Of a DNA stretch of 64,000 bases, positions 39,587 to 51,614 are shown piece after piece; positions within the stretch are counted from its first letter, which is position 1, and each line of letters begins with the position of its first letter. The notes below the pieces were generated by a model. That model was not told the origin of the DNA. It saw only the letters and a list, made by a program, of their open reading frames with translations, and did not search any database. Origin of the DNA: Eledone cirrhosa. Its lineage: Eukaryota. The translations under genes and the position numbers were made by a program. The DNA lies in NCBI GenBank assembly GCA_964016885.1, contig OZ024740.1:38006001-38070000 (forward strand). Direction: 5' to 3'.

Positions 39587-42500
39587 TCATCATCATCATA
39601 ATTTTACGTCCGCTTTTCCCTGCTTGCAAGGGTGGGACGGGTCTTATTCAGCACAGCATCTCTCCACTCGTCACGGTCCCTCGTCATCTCCACCGTGAGC
39701 TTCAATGATCTGAGGTCTGTTCTCACCACCTCCGCCCATGTTTTTCGTGGTCTACCTCTACCACGTCTTCCTTCAACTGGCATTTCCTGGCACTTCTTCA
39801 CCCATCGGTCATCCTCCATGCGCATCACATGTCCATACCACCTCAGTCTCCTCTCCCGTACACTACATTCTATCCCTCTCAGACACAGTTTCTCTCTCAA
39901 CACATTTATGCTGGGTCGTTCACGCACATTTACATTGCACATCCAATGGAGCATGCTTGCCTCATTTCTCTCCAGCCGTCGCATATCCTCTGCAGTTGCT
40001 GCCCATGTCTCGCTACCATGCAGCATTGCGCTCCTCACACAGGCATCATACAACCGGCCTTTCGTACGCAGGGAGAAACCCTTCTTCGTCAACAGAGGAA
40101 GCAGCTCCCTAAACTTCTTCCAACCCGTCCTTATTTTAGATACTATGGCCTCGGAACACCCTCCTCCCATGCTAATCTGATCTCCTAGGTACCGGAAGCT
40201 ATCCACCACTTCTATAGCGCCCTCTTGCATTTGAAAAATGTGTCTATCAGTGTGACTTCTACTGTCTAATTTCCCTGTACATCTACTGCATACATATTTC
40301 TCCCTACCTGTTAGTTTGCCTGCTATCCCGCTACATCTCTTGTGTACCCAGCATCTGCATTGTGTGCATTTTATAGAATTTATGCCAGTTCCTTTTCTGC
40401 ATATCGAACATGGCCATTTCCCTGATGGAATCAGGGTTTTGTCCTCTTTTCTACTCATCAACACTTTTGTCTTAGCTAGATTCACTCTCAGTCCTCTTGC
40501 TTCCAACTGCTGTTTCCATAGCTAGAATTTATTCTCTAGCTCCTCTACTGATTCTGCTATAAGAACCAGATCGTCAGCATAGAGAAGTTCCCATGGACAG
40601 CCAGTCTTAAACTCCTCTGTTATGGCTTGGAGGACTATAATGAACAAGAGCGGGCTGAGGACCGAACCCTGATGTACTCCTACTTTTATCTGGAATTCCT
40701 CACTAAACTCCATTCCTACCCTGACTTTACTGAGAGTACCTCTGTACAAAGTTTGCACTGTCCTCACAAGCCATTCCTCAACACCTAGCTTCCTTAGGGA
40801 CCACCAGATGACAGATCGGGGTACCCTATCAAAGGCCTTCTCTAGGTCAACAAAGGCTAAGTATAGTGGCTTATTCTTCTCTAAGAACCTCTCTTGCATT
40901 TGTCTCACCAAGAAGAGGGCATCTGTTGTACTCTTCCCAGGCACAAAACCAAACTGCATCTCATCTAGTTTGACCCTTTCTCTAATTAGTTGTGCTAAAA
41001 TCCTTTCTGCCACTTTCATAACCTGATCTATCAGTTTTATACCCCTATAATTGCTCCTCTCCAAAGCATCCCCTTTACCTTTGTAGCAATTTATGAGAAT
41101 ACTGCTGCACCAGTCTTTGGGTATGACACCACCATATATAGCCTGATTGATGATGCGTGCAACTAGTTTAGTGCCTACGTCCCCTGATGCCTTCAGCATC
41201 TCAGCAACTATTCCCGATGGTCCGGCCACCTTACCATTTTTCATTTCCCTAATCGCCCCTTGGACCCTATATTCGTCAATCTCAATAGCTGGTGCCTCTG
41301 TCGGATCTACCAAGGGTAATTTCTCTCTCTCCCATTCGTTCTCCACATTCATCAGTCTCTCATAATGACATTTCCAGGCCTCCTTTTTATGATCATTCGT
41401 GACACTAAGTACACCGGCATCATCCCGGACACATTTATCTCCAACAACATCCTGATTTGCACTGATACACTGCCTTGCAATGTGGAACACCGCACGCCTC
41501 TGATCTTCCCGTCGCAGAACATTGGCAAACCTTCTACTCTCTGCCTCCCTGCGCGCTAAGTACACCTGACGTCTAGCTTCTCTCTTAGTGGCTGTATATT
41601 CTTCCCTACTCCCACCCTTTTTCCAAGCCTTCCATGCTAGTCTTTTGTCTCTAATAGCCTTATCTACTGTGCTGTTCCACCACCAGGTCACTCTCTGTCT
41701 GGTTGGAGCTCTGCTCCAGCCACAGGTTTCATCAGTAGCCTGCAGCAAGTTGTCACGTAAGAACTTCCAGTTATTATCTATGTCATACGTCTCTAAATCG
41801 TCTTCTTTTTCGTCATATACATCTTGAAGGGCTTTCCTAAATTTGTATTTTAGTGAAAGGTCTTTTAGCTTCCAGACCTTTCTTCTCCACACCTTCCTAT
41901 ATGTCTCATTCCATCTCTTGCTTACTGAGATATCACTAACAACTAACCTATGGTGTGGGGTACATTCTTCCCCAGGGTATGCCTTGGTATTAGACACTAT
42001 CTGCCTGTCCCGCTGCCTAACTAGCAGGAAGTCAATCTGGCTTATGTGCTCACCAGATTTGTAGGTTATTAGGTGATTGGCAGGTTTCTGGAAGTTTGTG
42101 TTGCAAATAGTCAATGTACTCGCATCACAAAATTCAAGAAGTCTCACTCATCATCATCATCATCATCATCATTTTACGTCAGCTTTTCCCTGCTTGCAAG
42201 GGTTCTTCATTTCTTGAACCGTAACTGTGCCCACCATGTACCCCAGTGTAACCATCCTGGAGCTGTCCAACATGACCATTGAAGTCTCCTGCTAGCATAA
42301 CGATGTCTCCGTCCTCTGTCATTGTGGTTGTTTGCAAAAGTTGCTCATAAAAGCAGTCTTTCTCATCTTTGCCTAGGCCTGCTTGGGGAGCATAGGCAGA
42401 GATGATTGTCAGTAGTCTCCTACGTACAACTAATCTAAGCTTAATTATTCGATTACTAACTCGAACTACCTCTATTGTCTCATTGATCCATTTCTCAGCC

Positions 42501-42620
42501 AGGAAAATGCCTACTCCCCCTAACCCATCATCCTTACCTACCCAGAATAGCTTATAGCTAAGACGCTTGCCTACGACTAGTCTCACAGAGGCACCTCTCC
42601 ATCTCACCTCTTGCACGCAG

Positions 42621-42625
<5 letters not shown>
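39587..42625 (-). mobile_element. Near-full-length RTE-clade LINE (APE endonuclease, RT and PHD-like finger), inactivated
   Basis: CCVQEVRW, SAYAPQ, GDFNGHVG, SQIDFLL, NYRGIKL, QFGFVPG, FVDLEKAFD, GVHQGSVLSP, LLYADDL, FRYLG. One in-frame TAG at 40522-24 and a ~56-bp insertion at 42148. The 5' end stops at a (TA)n tract. Confidence 0.95.
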
Positions 42626-42676
<51 letters not shown>

Positions 42677-42884
42677 AACTTAATATAACTGTAATTTTGC
42701 TTCCAGTATTTTGTTTTGTTTCATTTATTAACTATATATATATATAACCCACTTGGATTGTATGGCTTCCTAAACATACCTGCTTTTCCCTTTCATATCC
42801 CACAATGCTTCAAGTAAACTATTACACCTTATTATATAGATACATATGCTCGTCTCTTTTTCTCTCTGTTTCATATATATATGA

Positions 42885-43132
42885 GGTCATGTAGGTGTCA
42901 CGACAAAAAAACACACAGTCCACGCTGTAATGTGGCCGTGTAGGTAACACGGTAAAAACCTCCCAGTCCACACTGTAAACGTGGTTGGTGTTAGGAAGGG
43001 CATCCAGCCGTAGAAAACCCGCCAGAGTGTCCTATACGAGCAGGACAACCACTCTTGCCTCAAGTGGGAAAACTCCCGTCCAAACCCATGCAAGCGTGGA
43101 AGATGGACGTTAAACGATGATGATGATGATGA
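42885..43132 (+). mobile_element. RTE 3'UTR-only insertion
   Basis: Close match to 54610-54837; (GAT)n tail. Confidence 0.85.
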
Positions 43133-43424
43133 TAAATATATATATATATCATCACTTTTATGTTCACTTTTTATGCTGGCATAGATTGGGCAGGATGGTC
43201 TGAGAACGTTTTACATTCAGATGTCCAACCCTTTTAGTCACCTATTATATGACATGCAGGGATATAGTATCCATCATCATCATTTTAATGTTTGCTTTCC
43301 CTACTAGCAAGAGTTGGACGGGTTTACAGAGACCAAGTCAGTACTGAAACAGGGCTACTGATCTCCCAAAAAGGCTAGTGGTTTGTCTCTCGCTTATATA
43401 TGGTCTCATGTTCTACCAAATATA

Positions 43425-43675
43425 AGGTGCCACGGCAAAAAAGCACCCAGCCCACACTGTAAAGTGGATGTGTAGGCGCCACAGAAAAAAGCACCCAGCA
43501 CTCACTGTAAATGAGGTTGGTGTTAGGAAGGGCATCCAGCTGTAGAAATCAAGCCAGAATCAGTTCCCGTATGAGCAAGGCATGGTCAGCCAACTGGACA
43601 CTGCCCACAACAGGACAACCCGTCTAACCCATGCTAGCGTGGAAGAACGGATGTAAAACGGTGATGATGATGATA
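43425..43675 (+). mobile_element. RTE 3'UTR-only insertion (7411 subtype)
   Basis: GCCACGGCAAAAAAGCACCCAGCCCACACTGTAAA module twice, GGAAGGGCATCCAG, (GAT)n tail. Confidence 0.85.
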
Positions 43676-44059
43676 TATAGAAATAGGATTTCGCTTCAAG
43701 CATAACGTTATACAAATATGTATAGAAATTTTATATTTCTAAAGAAACATGGTTTTAGGAAGCAGTAGCTATGCAAACACCGGAGCCAACACCCTCTGGT
43801 GGTGTCCAGCAGAAGCAAGGGGAACAACCGTCTATGCATTTCAGGCTTGACTGGCCTTCTTCAGGACAGTCCCCCCCACCGACCGCTTGAAAACAGTCGA
43901 GAATATATAGTTTTCTCGTCTGTGTAAATGAGGTGGTTAATCTCATTTGCATGGTGAGGAGATGGGTTCTGCCAGGTTTAAAAATGCCTTAGAAATGCTA
44001 TATGTCAATACAGCACATCTTTGACACCCTCAGGAGTTATGCGACCATGCATGCATTGT

Positions 44060-44345
44060 GAAGGTACATTGCTTAATGTATTGGACTTAGACTCAAAGTT
44101 GAATTCCTGGATTGGGTGGAACATTAGATCCTTGGGCAAGATACTTTATTTCACACTGCTCCAGTCAACTCAATTGGAAAAAAATTAGTTCTACCTGTAA
44201 TTTAAAGGCCCAGCCATGCCACACACTAGGGGCATAAAAGTCTGGGAATACACACACTAGGGAATAGGGGCATAAAAGTCTGTGGAATGTTCAGCCACTT
44301 GTTCATGAATTGATTAAACAACTGGAACATTTGTTGTGAGAACGT
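44060..44345 (+). mobile_element. Old CORE-like SINE
   Basis: Decayed tRNA head and CCTTGGGCAAGATACTTTATTTCACACTGCTCCAGTCAACTCA, homologous to 50310-50355. Confidence 0.7.
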
Positions 44346-47300
44346 ACAGAGGCCTAATGATAGGTTTAATATAAGTACACTGTATCCCTGCATGTCATAA
44401 CAACATACAGAGGCCTAATGATAGGTTTAATATAAGTACACTGTATCCCTACATGTAATAACAACATACAGAGGCCTAATGATAGGTTTAATATAAGTAC
44501 ACTGTATCACTACATGTCATAACGATATATACAGGCCTAATGATAGGTTTAATATAAGTACACTGCTTCCCTACATCTCATAACAACATACAGAGACCTA
44601 ATGATAGGTTTAATATAAGTACACTGTATCCCTGCATGTCATAACAACATACAGAGGCCTATTCATAGGTTTAATATAAGTACACTGTATCCCTACATGT
44701 CATAACAACATATAGAGGGCTAATGATAGGTTTAATATAAGTACACTGTATCCCTACATGTCATAACAACATACAGAGGACTAATGATAGGTTTAATATA
44801 AGTACACTGTATCCCTACATGTCATAACAACATACAGAGACCTAATGATAGGTTTAATATAAGTACACTGTATCCCTACATGTCATAACAACATACAGAG
44901 GCCTAATGATAGGTTTAATATAAGTACACTGTATCCCTACATGTCATAACAACATACAGAGACCTAATGATAGGTTTAATATAAGTACACTGTATCCCTA
45001 CATGTCATAACAACATACAGAGACCTAATGATAGGTTTAATATAAGTACACTGTATCCCTACATGTCATAACAACATACAGAGGCCTAATGATAGGTTTA
45101 ATATAAGTACACTGTATCCCTACATGTCATAACAACATATAGAGGCCTAATGATAGGTTTAATATAAGTACACTGTATCCCTACATGTCATAACAACATA
45201 TAGAGGCCTAATGATAGGTTTAATATAAGTACACTGTATCCCTACATGTCATAACAACATACAGTGGCCTAATGATAGGTTTAATATAAGTACACTGTAT
45301 CCCTACATGTCATAACAACATATAGAGGCCTAATGATAGGTTTAATATAAGTACACTGTATCCCTACATGTCATAACAACATACAGAGACCTAATGATAG
45401 GTTTAATATAAGTACACTGTATCCCTACATGTCATAACAACATACAGAGGCCTAATGATAGGTTTAATATAAGTACACTGTATCCCTACATGTCATAACA
45501 ACATACAGAGACCTAATGATAGGTTTAATATAAGTACACTGTATCCCTACATGTCATAACAACATACAGAGACCTAATGATAGGTTTAATATAAGTACAC
45601 TGTATCCCTACATGTCATAACAACATACAGAGGCCTAATGATAGGTTTAATATAAGTACACTGTATCTCTACATGTCATAACAACATACATACACCTAAT
45701 GATAGGTTTAATATAAGTACACTGTATCACTACATGTCATAACAACATATAGAGGCCTAATGATAGGTTTAATATAAGTACACTGTATCCCTACATGTCA
45801 TAACGACATATACAGGCCTAATGATAGGTTTAATATAAGTACACTGTATCCCTACATGTCATAACAACATATAGAGGCCTAATGATAGGTTTAATATAAG
45901 TACACTGTATCCCTACATGTCATAACATATAGAGGCCTAATGATAGGTTTAATATAAGTACACTGTATCCCTACATGTAATAACAACATACAGAGGCCTA
46001 ATGATAGGTTTAATATAAGTACACTGTATCACTACATGTCATAACGATATATACAGGCCTAATGATAGGTTTAATATAAGTACACTGCTTCCCTACATCT
46101 CATAACAACATACAGAGACCTAATGATAGGTTTAATATAAGTACACTGTATCCCTGCATGTCATAACAACATACAGAGGCCTATTCATAGGTTTAATATA
46201 AGTACACTGTATCCCTACATGTCATAACAACATATAGAGGGCTAATGATAGGTTTAATATAAGTACACTGTATCCCTACATGTCATAACAACATACAGAG
46301 GACTAATGATAGGTTTAATATAAGTACACTGTATCCCTACATGTCATAACAACATATAGAGGCCTAATGATAGGTTTAATATAAGTACACTGTATCCCTA
46401 CATGTCATAACAACATACAGAGGCCTAATGATAGGTTTAATATAAGTACACTGTATCCCTACATGTCATAACAACATATAGAGGCCTAATGATAGGTTTA
46501 ATATAAGTACACTGTATCCCTACATGTCATAACAACATACAGAGACCTAATGATAGGTTTAATATAAGTACACTGTATCCCTACATGTCATAACAACATA
46601 CAGAGGCCTAATGATAGGTTTAATATAAGTACACTGTATCCCTACATGTCATAACAACATACAGAGACCTAATGATAGGTTTAATATAAGTACACTGTAT
46701 CCCTACATGTCATAACAACATACAGAGACCTAATGATAGGTTTAATATAAGTACACTGTATCCCTACATGTCATAACAACATACAGAGGCCTAATGATAG
46801 GTTTAATATAAGTACACTGTATCTCTACATGTCATAACAACATACATACACCTAATGATAGGTTTAATATAAGTACACTGTATCACTACATGTCATAACA
46901 ACATATAGAGGCCTAATGATAGGTTTAATATAAGTACACTGTATCCCTACATGTCATAACGACATATACAGGCCTAATGATAGGTTTAATATAAGTACAC
47001 TGTATCCCTACATGTCATAACAACATATAGAGGCCTAATGATAGGTTTAATATAAGTACACTGTATCCCTACATGTCATAACATATAGAGGCCTAATGAT
47101 AGGTTTAATATAAGTACACTGTATCCCTACATGTCATAACAACATATAGAGGCCTAATATAAGTACACTGTATCCCTACATGTCATAACAACATATATTA
47201 AACCTATCATTAGGTCTCTGTATGTTGTTATGACATGTAGGGATACAGTGTACTTATATTAAACCTATCATTAGGTCTCTGTAAGTACACTGTATCCCTA

Positions 47301-47553
47301 CATGTCATAAGAACATATAGAGGCCTAATGATAGGTTTAATATAAGTACACACTATCTCTGCATGTCATAACAACATATAGAGGCCTAATGATAGGTTTA
47401 ATATAAGTACACTGTATCCCTACATGTCATAACAACATATAGAGGCCTAATGATAGGTTTAATATAAGTACACTGTATCCCTACATGTCATAACAACATA
47501 TAGAGGCCTAATGATAGGTTTAATATAAGTACACTGTATCCCTGCATGTCATA
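44341..47553. repeat. 61-bp satellite, about 52 units
   Basis: Monomer AACATACAGAGGCCTAATGATAGGTTTAATATAAGTACACTGTATCCCTACATGTCATAAC; period 61 (44351, 44412, 44473). Confidence 0.97.
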
Positions 47554-48099
47554 AGAAGCAAGTAAAAAAGTCCATGTCAAGAAGAGCATTCAGTTGTAAA
47601 ACACTGCCTCAAAAAGTTTCTACCAACACATGCCAGCATGAAAAACACAACAATGATGAAGATGGTATATATACATGTGTGTGTATTTGTTTTGCATGAG
47701 ACACTGCTTGTAGAGATCAGTATCTTATTTAGGGTTGGTATCCAGGTGTAGAATATAGCCTTAAAAGAGTCCTGTCCATCCCATGCCAACATAGAAAAGT
47801 GGAGATGATGATGATGATGATATAGACATTTGTGCTACTCTTGCCTATTATGTTCATATTAAGTTTCCATCTACTGTTCCTCACATCTATCACTCAGCCT
47901 CTCTCCCTCCTACAATCACTATCTCACACTATGTAACAAGGAATGGCAGTGGATCTGTCTATATTTAATCTCCTCCTAACATTACACTTCTTTATTGCGA
48001 GAAATCACTTACTCTCCCTTCTCCATCACTTTACCCCTCATTTCACCTTTTCTTCCTACACCATGCCTCACATGCTGCGTTTTTTTTTTATTTCATCAT

Positions 48100-48945
48100 T
48101 TTACCAACATATAGCTACCTATCAGTCTAAGCATTGTACCAATATATAGCTATTTATCACTAACTATTTACCAATATATAACTATTTATTACTCTCACCA
48201 TTTTACCAACATATAGTTATCTATCACTCTCTCTAACCACTGTACAAACATATAGCTATAACTCTCATCATTTTACCAACATATAGTTATATATCACTCC
48301 AACCACTTTACTAACATATAGCTATAACTCTCATCATTTTAACACTATAGAGCTATCTATCATTCCAACCACTGTACTAACATATAGCTATAACTCTCAT
48401 CATTTTACCAATATAGAGCTATCTATCATTCCAACCACTTTACTAACATATAGCTATAACTCTCATCATTTTAACAATATAGAGCTATCTATCATTCCAA
48501 CCACTGTACTAACATATAGCTATAACTCTCATCATTTTACCAATATAGAGCTATCTATCATTCCAACCACTGTACTAACATATAGCTATAACTCTCATCA
48601 TTTTAACAATATAGAGCTATCTATCATTCCAACCACTGTACTAACATATAGCTATAACTCTCATCATTTTAACAATATAGAGCTATCTATCATTCCAACC
48701 ACTGTACTAACATATAGCTATAACTCTCATCATTTTACCAATATAGAGCTATCTATCATTCCAACCACTGTACTAACATATAGCTATAACTCTCATCATT
48801 TTAACAATATAGAGCTATCTATCATTCCAACCACTGTACAAACATATAGCTATAACTCTCATCATTTTAACAATATAGAGCTATCTATCATTCCAACCAC
48901 TGTACTAACATATAGCTATCATTCACTTTACCAACATATAGTCTA
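48100..48945. repeat. 66-bp minisatellite built from two related half-units
   Basis: Unit GCTATAACTCTCATCATTTTA(A/C)CAATATAGAGCTATCTATCATTCCAACCACTGTACTAACATATA; period 66 (48321, 48387, 48453). Confidence 0.92.
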
Positions 48946-49676
48946 TCATTCTTATTATTTTCCCCTCCATAACCCTCATTCCTATCACTAAGGTTCTCTC
49001 CTTTTACTCTCTTAGTCATCTTTCTATTATAAATGTACCCCGTTCTATCTGTAAACTGGTTGGCATTACAAAAGGAATCTAGCTCTAGAAGCTATGCCAG
49101 ATATGGGCCATACAAGTTAGATGTGGTTCCAAGCCTGTTTAGAAGGGCAGTAACACAAAGCAAGGACTAACTTGGAACATAGCAATCTATCCAACACATG
49201 TCACTATAGAAAATCACACATAATGATGATGATAGTAATATATATATATATATACAATCAGATGTTTCTGTATATTTAGATACATTGGTATGTATGTCTA
49301 CAATCAGATGTTTTTACATAGTAGATACATTGGTATGTATGTATAACAGTTAGAGTCCATTTGTATTACTGTAGCAAAGCTGGTGCACAAACTTGAAGTG
49401 TAATCCTTGGTGGAGGTGGACAGTGTTTTTTCAGTGTATTCTATAAAACTTAGCAATTATTTCTGCAGCAACTATATACTGAATAACTGATAGAATACAG
49501 GAAATTATACATAAAGTATATATGTATATGAGTGTGTGTGTGTATATATATATATATAAATGCCTTATATGGTATACATTATGTCTGTGTACAATAGGTG
49601 TATGTATGTGTGTATATATATATATATAAATGCCTCATATGGTATGCATTATGTCTGTGTACAATAGGTGTATGTA

Positions 49677-49726
<50 letters not shown>

Positions 49727-49729
<3 letters not shown>

Positions 49730-50065
49730 TCATCATCATCATTTTACGTCCGCTTTTCCCTGCTTGCAAGGGTTGGACGGGAACTGATTCTGGCTTGATT
49801 TCTACAGCTGGATGCCCTTCCTAACACCAACCTCATTTACAGTGAGTGCTGGGTGCTTTTTAGCCGTGGCACCTCCACGACCACTTTGCAGTGGAATGAT
49901 AGGGACCCCAGTCCTATCATCTCATTTCTACAGCTGAGTAAACTGGAGCAATGTGAAATAAAGTGTCTTGCTCAAGGAAACAACACATCACCCAGTCTGA
50001 GAATTGAACTCACAACCTTTCGATTGCAAGGCCAATGCTCTAACCACTAAGCCATGTGCCTCCAA
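49727..50065 (-). mobile_element. Young tRNA/CORE-like SINE with RTE-derived tail
   Basis: Reverse complement of 50224-50564; (GAT)n tail runs into (TA)n. Confidence 0.92.
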
Positions 50066-50179
50066 CTATATATATATACACACACACACAACAATAATAT
50101 ATACAAAGAACAAAACCCAAAGTTTCAGATGATCCTGCTTAGGGTGAAGCAGAACTTGTTTAAACTTTAATTTGTACTG

Positions 50180-50223
<44 letters not shown>

Positions 50224-50228
<5 letters not shown>

Positions 50229-50564
50229 GGCACATGGCTTAGTGGTTAGAGCATTGGGCTTGCAATCGAAAGGTTGTGAGTTCAATTCTCAGACTGGGTG
50301 ATGTGTTGTTTCCTTGAGCAAGACACTTTATTTCACATTGCTCCAGTTTACTCAGCTGTAGAAATGAGATAATAGGGACTGGGATCCCTATCATTCCACT
50401 GCAAAGTGGTCGTGGAGGTGCCACGGCAAAAAAGCACCCAGCACTCACTGTAAATGAGGTTGGTGTTAGGAAGGGCATCCAGCTGTAGAAATCAAGCCAG
50501 AATCAGTTCCCGTCCAACCCTTGCAAGCAGGGAAAAGCAGACATAAAATGATGATGATGATGAT
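50224..50564 (+). mobile_element. Young tRNA/CORE-like SINE with RTE-derived tail
   Basis: A box TGGCTTAGTGG, B box GAGTTCAATTCT, CORE-like block, RTE 3'UTR module, ACCCTTGCAAGCAGGGAAAAGC..(GAT)n. Confidence 0.92.
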
Positions 50565-50565
50565 A

Positions 50566-51012
50566 TATACAATGGGGTATCAAAAGGTTTCTAGGCTAGT
50601 TTTGAAGCGTGGAAACAGATGGTAACACATGGTTGCACACGCAGTGTAAACTAGTAGTGACATCCATTGGCCAGTGTGCCAACTAACATCACTGTGATCA
50701 CATGCATGCTGTAGCCTGCCATTTTGTAATGAACAGGAAGTTGGAACAAAGAGCCAACGGGAAATTTTGCACTCAATTTGGGAAGTCTGCTGCAGAGACA
50801 TTGAGCATGCTTTGGCAAGCTTACAACGACGAGGCAGTGGGTCGCATGCAATGTTTCGAGTGGCAAAAGTGCTTCAAAAGCGGAAGAACGTCCCTAGAAG
50901 ATGACGAGTGACCGCCAATCGAGAGATCTACTGCTATGTTTTGAGGCGATTGAGGGAAGACGTTTGGCGAAAGCGACCAGATCTGTGGAGCTTGTCATGA
51001 TGACAATGCACT
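50566..51012 (+). mobile_element. mariner transposon 5' fragment with internal deletion
   Basis: LEQRANGKFC..GKSAAETL.ML..AY..EA..R.QCFEW...FKSGRTSLEDDE (mariner N-terminal HTH), then YCYVLRRLRE..WRKRPDLW..HDDNA. Confidence 0.85.
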
Positions 51013-51611
51013 CAAAGTCGATGGAAGACTTGGAGTGGTGAGACCCAGGAAGAATTGGAACAGCTGACCTTGCCCAGTTGCACCACTCACTGACGGAGGA
51101 CCAGGATCTCTGGCATTATACAGTAATACAGAAAACCCACCTTCCCACAGGCAGAAGTTGAAGCATATATATATAGTATGCACCACCCCATCCCACCCTC
51201 CCATATATCTCCCATGAGGACAGGCTGAAGCATACATCCAGTGAAGCCTCCAGACCACGATGGCGACACGGCAAAAAGCACCCAGCCCACACTGTAAAAT
51301 GGCCATGTAGGTGTCACGACAAAAAGCACCCAGCCCACACTGTAAAGTGATCGTGTAGCTCTCACGACAAAAAGCACCCAGCCCACATTGTAAAGTGATC
51401 GTGTAGGTGTCACGACAAAAAGCATTTACAGTACTCACTGTAAATGTGGTTGGTGTTAGGAAGGGCATCCAGCTGTAGAAACCAACCCAAAATAAGTTCT
51501 GTATGAGCAAGACATGGTCACCTGACCTGGCATTGCTCACAACACGACAACTTGTCTAACCCATGCTAGCGTGGAAAACTGGGCGTTAGTGATGATGATG
51601 ATGATGATGAT
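51013..51611 (+). mobile_element. RTE 3' end with tandemly amplified 3'UTR module
   Basis: Decayed DG..GV.RPRK.W; four copies of the ~48-bp CACGACAAAAAGCACCCAGCCCACACTGTAAA module; (GAT)n tail. Confidence 0.85.
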
Positions 51612-51614
51612 AGA

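Noticed and set aside
40522-40524. TAG in the RTE ORF as an A-to-I-recodable (UAG to UIG) stop
   Set aside because: The paralogous copy has Gln at this position (KFQTWK), so a simple C>T nonsense mutation is more likely. The element is also broken at 42148.
39632-40525. Antisense ORFs over RTE and exon sequences (also 52461, 53054, 55959)
   Set aside because: Shadow frames of real coding sequence on the opposite strand, with no independent motifs.
44341-47553. Regular repeats superficially like a CRISPR array (also 407-1140 and 16400-35405)
   Set aside because: No unique spacers and no cas genes; the context is a eukaryotic intron.
50224-50295. tRNA-like sequence with A and B boxes (also 2086, 5030, 15807)
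   Set aside because: These are SINE heads continuing into SINE bodies with tails and TSDs; no complete cloverleaf.
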